From positions 87,048,001 through 87,112,000 of the forward strand of contig OZ260663.1 of NCBI GenBank assembly GCA_965285935.1: a DNA stretch of 64,000 bases. The letters run 5' to 3'. Positions 13,078-26,864 of the stretch are shown one piece after another. Position 1 is the stretch's first letter. Each line of letters begins with the position of its first letter. Under the pieces are notes generated by a model that saw nothing but the letters and a program-made list of their open reading frames with translations, did not search any database and was not told the origin of the DNA. The position numbers and the translations under genes are program-made. This stretch comes from Ophelia neglecta. Its lineage: Eukaryota.

Positions 13078-14980
13078 TAATATGCTGGAGGCAGAGCCTT
13101 GGATCGAGCGTAGCTATTCTACATATTTACAAACGTGATTTTTGATAACTAGAGTATGTATCACCGGAAATATGATGCGTTCATAACATCTAAATATGAT
13201 GGTCAAAACAGATTTTTTTTTATCAAACACGGCTTTGCTGTCTAGACACGCGGTTTATATGGGCCGTACGTGTTAAAACTCTACGGATTTTCCAGACAAC
13301 GCGGACCGTGGTGGTGAAGTCAGTAACACCCGTGCTTACGGGCTGTGCACAACACACGGGCCGGCCGTGAGAATTTGCACGGCTGTTTTGTAAGTACATG
13401 TAGTAGCAACGTAGTAGATCGCGCATCGGTTTACCAAGACCGATCATTATAGTAAATTACACCAATAAGCACGTCACATTACGCACACGTCAAACACCAC
13501 TTTCCCCTATCATTACTTGATTTATGTTCACAAGTATACTGTATGATACCGGTCGAACAGTTTTACTAAACTTGTACGGCTTGCGGCAGACGTGAGTTGA
13601 AACAGGAAAGCCGTGTTATTTGTCAAAACAACTTGAGAAGCTTTACGTTACTTTATGTGATCAGTTTATACAGCAATGGCTGTCGGATATTGGTTCCTTA
13701 AATATATGTTCAACATACCGTAGACTTGGCTATCTCACTGTGTAAATTCCGGGTTAGTAACCACAGCTTGGCAATTGAAACTGGTAGGCACGCCAATGTC
13801 CCTAGGTCTGAGCGCTATTGTGACCTGTGTAATGAGAGTATTTTAGGAGACGAGTTTCACTTTTTATTTGATTGTAAATCTAATCATGTTACTGAGGTGT
13901 GTGTAACGCGTGTACAATATGATGTATACATTGTATGTACGTGTGTGTGGGACGGTTAGACACATGTAACGTTATTAGCGAAAATGCTGCGTGGCTCTGC
14001 TGTGTGGGAGTGATCATGCATAAGCGAGGAAGTGCATAAAAGTGTGTGTGAATGTGTAGATATATGATATGGCTGTCAATGTGATAGTTTGCAGGCTGTA
14101 GATTGTGGTTACGCACAAAATATGAATGTTTATATTCTCACCATGAGCTTACTTATCAAGCAAATATATATTTGCCAATCCAGTGTACTCCTCAAATGTG
14201 ACATTCGAATTAAATCAACATTATTTATCCTAGCTCTAGAATTATATCATCATAAAAAGACCAGTTGATTACAAGTTAGCTTAACCTAAATGAATATAGG
14301 CCTATATATGTTAATTTCTATTTACAATATACAGAATAGATGCGTCCTTGTTGCTAGGTCCTATTGTGGACTGTTTATTGATCGGTTTATTCTCTCAATT
14401 TCTGTTGTAGCTAATATTTATTGGTGCATGCAATATATACGTGTTAGGGCGTCCAGTACCAAACGGCTATGCTATAGCTGGCGTCCTGCAGCACACGGTA
14501 TATATAGCTGTTTATTTTTTATACCTCGGCGTATTTGTTTCATGTGTTGCAAATAATAGAACCAGTACTACTACCAACACGTACGGACAGGGAGTTTTTA
14601 TACAGGACACCCTGCAATACGATTCTGGACTAACCTGACATTGCGGCGCAGCAGCTAGCTCGTGCAACGTCAGGCGCCGCCGGCGTCACAGCTTAGTGCG
14701 GACATAACAGCAACCGTTGCAACTTTAGCAATTTGCGCTCGGTTTTCCAATCCGGAACCAGTATATTGCAACCGAACACAAGCCCAACAAAAAACCCTAT
14801 AATAAACAAATCTATAGGTAGTTTGGCATGTTCCATAGGTACAGATGACACTTGTAAAACCCAAACTAAGCATTTTTTTCCGTAAATATATATATTCTAG
14901 ATATCAATAAACCTCATTTTGCAAATAACTAGGGCCTAGTATAGCTACGCTCAATCCAAGGCTCTGCCCTCATCATATTA
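13078..14980. mobile_element. Putative non-autonomous TIR element (~1.9 kb, ~43-bp imperfect inverted ends)
   Basis: TAATATGCTGGAGGCAGAGCCTTGGATCGAGCGTAGCTAT at 13078 is mirrored by ATAGCTACGCTCAATCCAAGGCTCTGCCCTCATCATATTA ending at 14980 (about 4 mismatches). A TA TSD is possible. Confidence 0.55.
13620..13900 (+). pseudogene. Non-LTR retrotransposon ORF2 C-terminal zinc-finger fragment
   Basis: LCKFRVSNHSLAIETGR...RYCDLCN...GDEFHFLFDC is the typical post-RT CCHC region of CR1/L2-group LINEs. Confidence 0.7.
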
Positions 14981-17900
14981 CTCAGAGCGTGGAATAATCC
15001 AAGGTGTGGGAAACTACCAGGTAATTGGGTGGGGAAAACCTGGGCGGGGAAACAGGTGTGAAGCAGGGTTGGTGGGTGGGGGGGGGGGGGGGGTAACGAG
15101 ACGGAGATAAGTCGAAAGGAGACCACAGGAAGTGGTCATCAAATGAAAACTAAGACAAAGGAAACCACTAAGATAGAGGGAATACATTGGGCTGAGATAC
15201 AAAGAGGTGGTTTGTTGTGTTAGGAAGATCTCAACCCCGGTAGGATCAGGTGGTGACGATGGTGTTGGTAGATGGGGGGGGGGGGGGGGGGTTAGGTGGT
15301 AAAATATAGAAAAGAGGATCTTCTCAAGGAGGAATAATCCATAATAACAAGCATTTGCACATACCTGTATAGTCTAGTCTATGTTTATACTGACTCGTTT
15401 TAAACCCTCTACAATAAATATAATCAATATGCACTGGTAAAGAGAATATATAAAAAAATACTATAGTTTGGCGGTTCCTTTCACGCTCTACAAACACCAT
15501 ATACTATAACCAACGTGAGCAGATCGGTGTAAGGTACAGTAGGTGATCTATTTGTCAGGTCTGACACGAGTACAATGAAATTCTTTTATAATAAGCCACG
15601 GAGTCCCACGACTGTGAAGTTTGCTCAACCCTTGCTATATATTGATCCGATTGCATTATGAACAGCTTTTGGTTTGTTTAATCTTGGCGACGCCGATGTT
15701 GCGTAACGTACACTTATGTACACTTAAGTTGGTACCTTAGCAATATTCGTCACAAGGCGTTTTATCTAATGTATGTCCCATTTGAGACCATTATAATGCT
15801 TTGGCTCTTTTTCGCTTCCTTAAAATTGTGGCGGTTTCCCATAAATCGACAGTCCCTTCTCGTTTGCTAGGATCCGTGCAATCCATACACTAATGATTGA
15901 ATCACAGATAGACTTTGCACTATTAGTAATAATATTCCAAATTTTTACAAGAAATATACATATATACATTTCATATAAGACAATGAATCACGCTTGCCTG
16001 TGAATCGACTGATTGCCCACAAATCTGTATTATTATTCAAATAAAACTGATCAAGATTTCTCTATATAACCTACGAATCCTAGAATGCACTTACCAAGCT
16101 CCATACAGCGGCCTATAGCCGCCGTTAGGAATGATTATGCAACAACAATTTCGCCAGCCCAAACGACAATTCCTGCTTTTTAACCCTCTAGCTCGATCAT
16201 ATTGTCCTGGCAGATTTCATGATAATGTGGTTGACGACCAAGGCCAAGAAGCAGGAAGCCACTGTAAATGTTAAATACAAACTTAGGCTGTATTTACAAT
16301 AATTATTTCACTTACATCGACAGAACTTCCTCGCTTGCTAAGATCCGGGGCTTTTCTTTCGTGATATTCATACAGTAACACTCAAGATTGAACCACAGAT
16401 AGACTATGCACTATTGCTATCCAGATCGAGAGGACATGATAATATTAAGTTCGCTTATCAGTTGCATGTCATCTCATACATGTGCTTATACTACTGATAA
16501 ACACACGTTATATACGGTTATATAGAAGGCGTACCATTCGATTCACCTGCCGTAAAAGAGTAAATGCCTGCGCGAAGCAATGTTGCAATATTTAAAATTT
16601 CATATTTTGATTTAAGAACTAGGCCAGTTTCATAATTAACCGTATAGGCCCCTGTCATGCTACTGGTGCATAAACCATGAAATCTAATGGATGACAGTTA
16701 CATTATCTTTGTGCTTTCTTGCTGTGGCTTTAAAGGGATCTCTGATGTTTTTGGATGGGCACAGATGTGAACAGAGTCGCTTCCCCACGTACCAATGTGC
16801 CTTTGATTATGGTTTTTAATTGAATTTAATTGTTGTGGTTTCCATTTTTTTATTGCACAAATATAATTAATATAAATATAATTGCAAGCTAATCCTCTTG
16901 CTAAGTTTTAGACCGGGCATTAATGCACAGATGAAACTGGGCTAGTCTCATGACAACATGTCTCCCAGGCCTAATTCAAAGAACGAGGAATTCGTAAAAT
17001 GGAAAGATCTAGATTTGGATGAATTGATAGGAGAGTATACATGTTTAGAGTTGGATGAAGGTTCTTCTGATCTGTCTTCAAATTCAGAGAGTGGAGTGCT
17101 GTCATTGGCAAAAGATCGAAAGCAGAACAAAAGAAGATATCTGATGCGGGGTTATGCGAGGGCAAAGTAAAAGAAAGGCTGCTGACTTAACAATGCACAA
17201 ACTGTAAGATAACTACAAGTCGGCAGATGGCTTCAAGGTCATCATAACCAAGCACCAAAGAACAATGTTAAAGCCGAGTCCAATTGAATCATATCAATAA
17301 TATTATTATTCACAAATACGAGTTTGGAATTCAATTTGTAAAGCCCCAGGTGATGTAAAAATCTATTTATGTTAGCCATAGCTTTAACAGATCAATTTCA
17401 AGGAGGAGTGCCCCCCCCCCCCCCCACTTTCTTGATTAAATAAGCTCTTAAGAATTCATTTTTTTTCACTTTTAGCAATGGATCATCGTGTAGTTTCAGA
17501 TGAAACAACTGCACATCCTAAGATGGAGACAACTCCATCACCATCTCCAAAAATAGAAAAGTAAGCTTTTGGTGTAATGGTCAACTAAGCCCTGTCAGAG
17601 ATTGTTTCTGACCCCATCCACAATGCACCATACTCAAGAAGTGGCAGTGTTCTTTCAGATGGCACCAGTCCTCCTTGTTGCCAAAACAACACTTGCTTGT
17701 TCGGTGGCTGAGCACTTCTGTGATATTCTTAGCGTAGAAAAGATAACCACACAGCCTGGCAGGGTGGATTTGATAGGTTCTTTGGCAATTATTCTTACTC
17801 AAGGTTCAGTACAGGCAGACTTTGCTGGCATAGTTACTTGTATTTTGAATCCTGAATATCATGCTACGCTGTTCAGATTTTGCAAAAAGCTGTCATTTCG

Positions 17901-18466
17901 TGTATTTAGGATTCATCTTTAAATGTCAATCTAATATAGAGTAAATAAAGTGTTGTCAAATATTATATGAACCACATTTTCTCTCCCCCTCCCCCCCCCC
18001 CATTTTTATCTGTTTACTTTTTGTATGGTGGAAGATTGACAATTATTGGTATTTTAGAAGGATGAATCTAAAAACATACTGCAAAGCCCTTAAATTCATA
18101 AGCTCTATATTACAGTTAAGAAGCAAAAGAATGTTTTAATGCCTTTCCCTATTTTGGGGACACTTTGGGTTTCTATAGTTCGACACTATTTCTTCTTCCA
18201 TTTCTTGCTAATTCAGCTCATTTCAGTCTTCAGACATATCTGTTATCCCACTAGCTGCTGAGTTACACACCTTGCTATGTTTCCCACAAAATGATTTGAG
18301 GCTTATTTCATTTCCATGTCAATCAAACTCAGAATACGGCAGTCGTAGTCAGGAACTAATTATCCTGATCAATTATAATAAAGTCATGTCAAAAAACTTA
18401 TAGACATTCACAGCTCTGATTAAAAAATATCAAGATTAGTCCACCCATTCATAATAGTAATTGTCT

Positions 18467-19600
18467 CTATTTTTTGCGCTTTGGCAGAGGGGCGTTTTCT
18501 ACCACCCTGTCAGGCATAACTAGTCTTTTGCAATTTCCTCGAACTGATGCCAAGGCTTGCGATCTCACTACTCTGAGGACTGGGGTGGCATTTAGTACCT
18601 CAGACTCCCTTATATCGGTAGTGCCCGAAGAGCTGTTCAAGTCGGTCTTGGTTGTAGATGGATGCCAACACAAAAGGTACCTCCTGCTCAAAAAGATTCT
18701 TGGTTAAGTCGCTAACAGCCCTTGCTGTCATTTCCAGTCCTTTGAGTGTCTGATGGCTGAGACATATCGCTGGCATTTCCTTTTTGGACAAACCCTCATA
18801 TTGTTCTGTTTCTAATTTCCATTCTTGGGAGTATCCAAGAAAGTCCTCTACAAGCCATGTGAGCCTTTGGTCAGCTGGATCTATATATGGTGGCAGGTTT
18901 GGTTTCCTTTCAATCAAAAAGTTTGTCCATAAATCTTAGAATCTTAGATCTTAGTTCACAGTTACAGCGACATGCTCCACGTACAGTTCCTCTAGCGCAC
19001 TAGCCACGGTTGAGCTCAGTACTTGAACGGCCAGGGAAACTGGCATCTGAGAGAAGGCAGTTAGATTCACATGGTTCTGGGTAAGCTTGTGACAGAATCT
19101 ATAGCAGAAAGAAAATATAAGCTTTTCCCTTATAAATTTCTTATTTTATTTATTTCTTTTTTATTTATAAATAAAGTGGCGGAGGGGCACTAAGCCATTT
19201 ATTTAATTAAGTGATCAAGCACTCGATTAATAATTACATGTAATGATACTTTTACCAAAGGAATGTTTTAGGTATGATATTGCTGAAGTTGAAGAAATTT
19301 CTGTGCTCTTTCTTTCCTGAAATCCTTGAGCTTCATAAAAAATTAAGTGCACTCATATGTTTCATATTTTGCAGTAGGCTACCTCTGGCTTACCTGAACC
19401 AATTTGGTGCACAATGTTGTTCATACAAATTGACAACATGCATCCAAGATATGTCAGGTGTACGGAGCTTACGAGTCATTTTGTGAGAGTGAGAGTAGTT
19501 TGCAAAGCAATTTATGGTGGTTTTTAGGAGGTGGGCGGATCCGATATGAAGAATATCTTTCTCAGGCCATCAGCATATGGATTTACAGTGAAGTAACAAA
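18467..19600 (-). pseudogene. Degenerate P-element/THAP9-like transposase
   Basis: Fragments in order on the minus strand: FFISDPP/HLLKT (frameshifted, ~19560-19510), CHKLTQNHVNLTAFSQMPVSLAVQVLSSTVASAL (~19095-18990), and FVLASIYNQDRLEQLFGHYR. All are THAP9/P-transposase motifs. Frameshifts and deletions are present, and no TIRs were found. Confidence 0.75.
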
Positions 19601-20522
19601 TACAGTGAGGTAAACCACTATATACCAACATATACCTGTTCATACAGAGAAGACTAATTTGTAGCCACTTTAGGCTTCACGGACGGAAGAGAGGGTTTTG
19701 TGGCCATTACAGGCTACATAGAATTGACGGATATGCTGCCACCAAATGTCGCACGGACGGAAGAATTGGATTTGTACCCGACCGAGACTACAGAGACGGA
19801 TGTGCTGCCACCAAAGTCTTAGAGCGGGCTTACTAGCGGGCGGACTCCCAGGGAAATAAACATTACCCTGGGCAAGAACATCTCGAATAATACTCTGGTA
19901 CTTCTTTAATTTGAAACCCATAATCCCACCAAAACCATGAATTTCCAATAATTCATCTCATGAAAACATTTGGGGAAATAGCAAACAACATTGCGAAAAA
20001 AATGTAGCAAATGAGGCAGTTAATAATATCAACACGAATTTCAATGTTCAGTTGATATCAAAGCGTCAATTGAATACGTTTGCTACAAAGCGCCGGAAAA
20101 TGTCAAAGTCTACCCAATGGGAGCTCCCTGTGCCTCTATACAGGGTTCACGGGCCGAAGCGATGCTATGTATTGTAGGTGAACATGTGGATCCAGCGATA
20201 GGTCAGCTGCACTGGGGCGGTGGACATCATTAGGCCGCCAAAGAATATTATTATGACTACACACTACAGGGACACGAATTCAGGTGGGCTTATCAGGCTT
20301 ATATGGCCTTTCAATTCAAGGTTAGCCATAGGAAACATTTTGATACAACGTGTCTTTGTCTCTAGTATCTGTACTATTTAGAATAGGATCTACTTGGCAA
20401 GAAGGGCCCTTTTGAGGAGTTTAATATTACCAATCAACATACTCGTCATAGGTTTAACTATAGTCTCATTTGTGGCGATGTCACGGATCAATTTCTTAGA
20501 CTTTGAAGAGCATTACCAATCT

Positions 20523-20652
20523 GGTGTCCACGGCAGGTACTCCAATCGGTAGCACTCCAAAGGAGGCATTGAGCCCACTGTCACTACTATGCACAGTGGC
20601 GATTTGAACAGATAAGTGTTGAAAGCAACGTCAAACCCCAAACAAACCAACC
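20523..20652 (+). mobile_element. 5'-truncated copy of the SINE at 51293-51627
   Basis: Shares CAGGTACTCCA...GGCATTGAGCCCACTGTCAC...CAGATAAGTGTTG and the AACC-rich tail. Confidence 0.8.
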
Positions 20653-23047
20653 ATCTAGTGATAAGGTTATAGTCCTATTGCAACCGAAATTATGATGACA
20701 AACACTGGTCAATGGTTGAGGTCAAATGGGGTCAATGTACCCCGATCTAAATCCCCTCAATGAGTAGACTCTATGAGAGACTTGTGCTATTGTATAACGC
20801 TACCGCGACAATCGAAAAGACACCGAAGCTAATGATTATTGTGAAAAAATAAAGGGTTCTATACAACGAGTAAGACTCAGATATACACGCGAAAAGGTTT
20901 CCTAGGGGGATGGAAACATGGCTCGGAATTGTTCTTTTTAAGCAAATGATTATGCACACATACTTTATCTGTGTAGAGCTGTGCCTTTTTCAGGCGTTTA
21001 GCGGAAAAACCTCTGTGCACTGGAAAATGGTGCAGTCTCCTCCAGAAGAACGCCTTTTCGACGGGGTGGGCAGTTTTCCGATCTAAATGTGTTCTGAACT
21101 CGACTCGATAACCATTATTGACGGCGCTAGTTTCTAGTTACAATTGTTTTACACCTACTCAGCAAAGGAAGGCTATGGGTTTGGGAGATTCTTTGCGCCC
21201 ATCTTAGGGCTAGGGGCGTATTATCGTTAGACGAAAGATGTTACTTGTATAAACCAGACGCCTTGAACGAAATGAATGCTAGAATAAGAATAATTTACAC
21301 ATTTAAAGAATTTCAGTCTTTCATAAACATTGTCTTAACACAATTCACACAAATAACACTATAATAAACCTTATTTTTTCATTAAATTTTTTATGTACCT
21401 AACATAATACTTCCATCCTTATAAATAACCACATGATACTCTACATATATTAATATCAAAACAAAGGATATCACTAGTTTTCTATAAATACTTTCACTTA
21501 GGGTGTAAAATAATACCAGCAGAGTGATACATAAAAAAACATTAACATAACAAGGAGCATGGAGCCACATATATAAAGGCGAGGAACTTATACTTTCTGC
21601 GTTATAAACCGATCATATTTGTAACTATTTTATCGTATAAACTCAAACAAATAATATTGCAATACATGTGCATGGTATGTCACAGATGGCTAGGGCAAAG
21701 CGCTAGTGCATATTTGTTGTCCCCGTTGTTTAGATGTTTAGGACAAAAGAAAAAACGTGCATGGATGCGAAAATAACTGAAAAATTCCTGATCTCGACAA
21801 ATAGGCCTATAGCTCCCCTCTGAAAGTGGGAGTAACAAACTTTGCGTCATGTGAGGTAGCAGGTACCGCCGATAGGACCACGATCAGTATCATGTCATGA
21901 AAACACTAATTCCAAATACATGTAGCTTCTTCCTATGGGTGCGTTTGTTTACGCCGTAAATCTGGGTATACTGCATACAACATCTTGTTTAACGTCTTAG
22001 TTCGCTAATTAGGTTGCATAAATATATCTAGTTAAAATTTAACATCGTTTAATCGCAGGTTGAAGTAATAGCAACATGATATGGAGTTTAACCCTGCAAT
22101 TTATATTAGCAGGTTTTTTGGTCGGTTAGAATTTCAACCTTATTTAGCATGCGCTTGGTGTTGTACATCTGGGCTAGGTATTGTGCAGCGGCTATTATTT
22201 GACGAGCTATGGTATAGAAAGTATTTTTATCGATCGTCCGAACTGCCAAGCTTACCGCAAAAGCATTTTTTGTTTGCTTTTATTCACCGTTGCGGACACT
22301 CCGAACACAATCAATTGAAATGTTTGCCGAGTAGCCCGTCGTATAAATTTACCTTTGCACACTGGCTTTCAGTGAGGAAAAATCGCATGCATTCATTTTG
22401 TACTTGGTAACTTCACGAAGATAATGCCCTTGCTTTACTTGGGTCATGTCACGGATTTTACTGGATCCATTAAGGGGGTAAGCGTCTCTGGTAGCATGTT
22501 AGCAATAACGAGTTATAATCCGTTTGAATTTAAACAACAATTGTGCAACAGGACAGTGGTTATTCTAGTTAGTTTCGCGCAAGGAACGACGGACGAATAG
22601 CGTGGGTAGCTGTCCGTGACGGACAAACGACTAAATCAGCATAGCGGCGACAGCCTACCGCACCCACCAAACTATTGACCCAGATAGGCATAAAAACCAC
22701 GATTCGTTCTTTATTCTTGATTTATTTTCCTCCAACTGGTGAGGTTGTATGATAAGGCACTATTATACATATAACGGTAAATAGACGGTATTTTCCATCT
22801 GGCCAAATACCAGATATGCATATACATAGAGGTAAATGATCACGGTAAGTCTTCAGTCGCGTATAACGTGGACTTTATTGATATCATTCACCTTTGTACA
22901 CGTTATATAAATCACGAGTGACTAAATGTGTAAAATCTTTATCCATTGCCAGATTGATAGATGGTTACACCAACACCACACAGAGAATCGTCAATGCTCT
23001 ACGAGGCATAGACCTTTGTTTTGGATGGCATCTTGCATCCTCGAACC

Positions 23048-25808
23048 ATGGCAATTATTGCCTTATTTCTAATCACCCTGATTTATAGGGGACAGTGTGC
23101 AATTCCCGACTGGCTAGTGACAGATGTTCAAACCCGCACTAATATAACACAAGTTGGTATAAACAAAATACGGCTTGGTAATGGTCTTATTGCCAGAGAT
23201 TTTGTACTGACGCCAGACTTTGCCACTATCGACTACTACTCGTTTGAAAAGCAGTCATCTCTGCTACGGGCGGTGGGGCCGGAAGCAGTGATCTCTCTTG
23301 ACGGCATTGTTTACAATATTGGCGGAATTAGGACCAACATTTCCCGGGCGTATCTTAACCGCACTGCGCTGGCAGAGGACCAGAGCTACGATCCAACTGC
23401 ATTCCATTTTGTCTCTTACAAAATCGCCAAGCCAGAAGCTCCATTTCCATACTCACCAAAAAGAGGTGCTCCAAAGGATATTGTGTGGCCCCCAAAAGGA
23501 CTGAGATTGGATGTTACATTTAAAGCTCCATTCGGGGCCCCAATCTACCACAAGATGATCACTGTTACCATGCACTATGAAATGTATGATAACCACCCTA
23601 TATTGGCCAAGTGGCTCACTTTGAATGCCCTACCCGAGGCAAAAAGTAAAGTGAAAGCATCTATATACTCGGTTGAATATTTGGCTGTCAACTGGCCATG
23701 GGCGGATGCTGGTTATGGGTGGTTATTTGTACAAACTGACCAGGCGCATGGTACCAGTGTGACTTGGGGCATTGATCCTGCTGCAGGAGCCAGCCCAGGG
23801 TCTTTTGAGCAAGTCGTGAACTGTACATACCAAATTGTACCAACTATTATTTTGGATGACACGCTGGTCTCGTTCAAAGTTATGGAACTTGTTGCCGGAA
23901 CATCGGACCCAGAACGGTTTGGTTTAGCCAAAAGGAAATTAATTCGACTGCTTGCACCACATACTCAGGAAAACCCTATCTTTTTTCACATGGTGAAGTC
24001 TGATTCTAAATCCGTTAGAATGGTCATAGATCAAATGGCTGAAGTTGGCTTCGAAATGATGATTTACAGTTTTGGCTCTGGATTTAACATAGAATCCCTT
24101 GATGACTCTTATATTGAGAGTGTTGCTGCTGATATTTCGTATGCTAATAAAAGAGGTATCGAAGTTGGGGGTTATGATCTGATAGCTTTGACCAGAGTCC
24201 CTCCCAACCCAGACTGGCTTGCGGTAGGAGCTTCTAGGAGTGCTTGTTTTGCATCAACTTGGTATGACTTTCTAGTGGACAGATTTATGAATTTCATGAA
24301 TCGCACTGGACTGAGTATGGTGGAAACAGATGGACCATATGGTGGCTACCCATGCAAAGCTACCCATCACCCGCATCACCAAGGTTACCATGATTCAGTG
24401 TACATGCAAAACAAATTACAAGGTGAATTCTACAAAATGCTTAGAGAAAGAAGTGTTTATATCAATCAGCCTGATTACTACTTTTATCAAGGTGGCAGTA
24501 AAACAGGTATGTACAAAGAGAACAGATATAATAATACATAACACTTAATCAAGTTTATTGTTTTCATACCGTAGTCATAACTTTTATATATACATTTCAC
24601 ATATGCTATCGGCATCTACTTATTTGTTGTATTGAACATATACGGACTGGTTTTTTTTAACTCGGGCAACTTGCATGTGTATCGAGCAGTGCAATTGCAA
24701 ATGTTTACATTTCAAAGTGTTTTTGTTGAAGGGAATAAGGATGTCATTCTTTCGTTATGATAGTCACTGTGCCACCTTGAAAAATGAAACTATCTGATGG
24801 AAATTACTTTTGATAAAATGAATAACGGTTAACTAAATTTCATTATTAGGATAATATTAAGAGTCCCAGAATCCAAGGGAATTATAGTGGCCTTTTAATT
24901 TTAGGGTCATGTTTTCTTGTCAAATGCTCACAATTAGCTGTTTGCAGTACAATTCCAAAATGGAAAAATAAAACCAGCTAGTTTAGAGTACTTATATTAT
25001 AAAATAACAGTTGACTAAATTTCATTATGTCGATGACAGTTCCGTAGATAGTAGGCCCGTCCCCCCCCCCCCCTCCCCTTGACTTCTTACCATATAATCA
25101 TTACCATTCATTCAAGGGAATTATAATGACCTATAAATTCGGAGGATTATGTTTTCTAGACACGTTTATTGTTAAAAGCTTCTTTCCATTGCAGGCATGG
25201 GATATAATGAGCACCAGTATTCTCTTCCGCGGTGGCAAGACATAAGTATCAGTCGACAGGGTATGTATGATGACACTTATCATTATATTCCCTCAATCGG
25301 ATGGATGTTCGTTCCTCTAGTGGACTATCATGGAGGTGGCGCCCCTGCAGCTTTCGAGCCTCTCACACAACATATAACAGAGTATGAGTGGGCTCTAGCT
25401 CAGTACTTAGGAGCAGGAGTAGCAGCTTTTTACAGAGGCTACCGATTGTATGACAGCAATGAAACAAAGGCACTTGTCCAGAAATGGGTGACATTCTATA
25501 AAACCTACAGAGATATTCTCAACTCAGACTTGATCCATGTGATGAGGGCAGACATGCAGGGAATTGACAGTTTTATGCATGTTAACCCTAGACTGACCAC
25601 AAAAGCCTTGGCGATGGTGTTTAATCCTACATCAGAATATATTCACCAAAATATTACTCTTCCTCTCTATTACACAGGTTTGACAGGAATTGTTAAAGTC
25701 TCCGAACAGAACCAAAACCCACAGATATTTTCCTTGGACAGACAGTACCAAGTGGATATTGAAGTTGATCTTAAACCAAAAGGAATCACTTGGTACATTA
25801 TACGATGA
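23048..25808 (+). CDS. Secreted glycoside-hydrolase-like protein (resembles bacterial 'alpha-galactosidase'-annotated TIM-barrel proteins), copy A, 690 aa
   Basis: Exons 23048-24506 and 25195-25808 (phase-1 intron, ACAG|gtatgt...ttgcag|GCATG) total 2,073 nt = 690 aa. Signal peptide MAIIALFLITLIYRGQCA. Motifs WPPKG, ENPIFFH, VGFEMMIYSFGSG, ETDG, GWMFVPLVDYHGGG, YRGYRLYD. The enzymatic function is inferred. Confidence 0.8.
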
Positions 25809-26864
25809 AATTGTTATGCCATAATATGCATGGATGTTATTCATACGATGTCCACAAGAAATGTGTACAATGTACAATATTATTATGTGTATCTTATCTG
25901 GAATTCCTGGACATATTAGAGGGGTTTTTGAGAAGATCTTTCACCTTGATAAATTTGTTTAGACTATCCGAAATGCAAATGATACATATAAATGGCTTTT
26001 GCAACTAAAAGGTCTGCTGCCGTTGTATTTTATTTTGATATGCGAAGTATTGTTTGCTTTATGACATTTTCTATTTTTTGCTACAGTTTATAAGCAGTCA
26101 GCTGAATGGATTAACTACGGTAACTGATCATGATTTGTGAGAGTATGAGAAGTATTTTCTGCAATCAAATCAATTCAATTTCTTTTATTGCCCCTTCCAT
26201 GTCAAATACATTACTTTTACAGTTGGCATAACAAAATATACATGTGAAGGTGGGCTTATTTATAATATTCTAGTTAGTAAAATAAAAGTAAAAAAAAACA
26301 AAAAAAAAACAAATTGTCCTCATTGATTTGAACGTATTACAACAATTATGAACTAAATCAAAAACAGGGTAGTATGGCAATATAAACATATAGCCTCTGC
26401 CCACAGTTGTGATTTATCTGAAAGGAGACATAGTACATCTTGCAAGTAATAATACACTGCAATATGAGGAAATAATACAACAGTTTTATATGCTAGATAT
26501 TTTCGTATAGCTATGAAGACTAAAAATAATAAACCTAGCTAATTAGCGGATTAATGAGAATATTTAGGATAGTAATCAGTAAGAGACTTCTCAAATATAA
26601 GAAGCAAATAAATAAGTAAAGGGGCTATAAAAACCGGCTACGATCAAAACAAGAGGGAAAAATCGTCAAGGGCGGAGACATTAGGAGAACAATATTCGTA
26701 CAATAGTAATTACCGGGCTAACGATGTACATACTGACAATGGATGGGATGATTAAGGTGGCAGTCACAGCCATTACTACGGACGTTAACTAAATCACAAA
26801 TATGAGTCATAATAATTGTTATTAAAAACAAGAATTGACAGCGGATAGAGATCACGAAAGTTTA

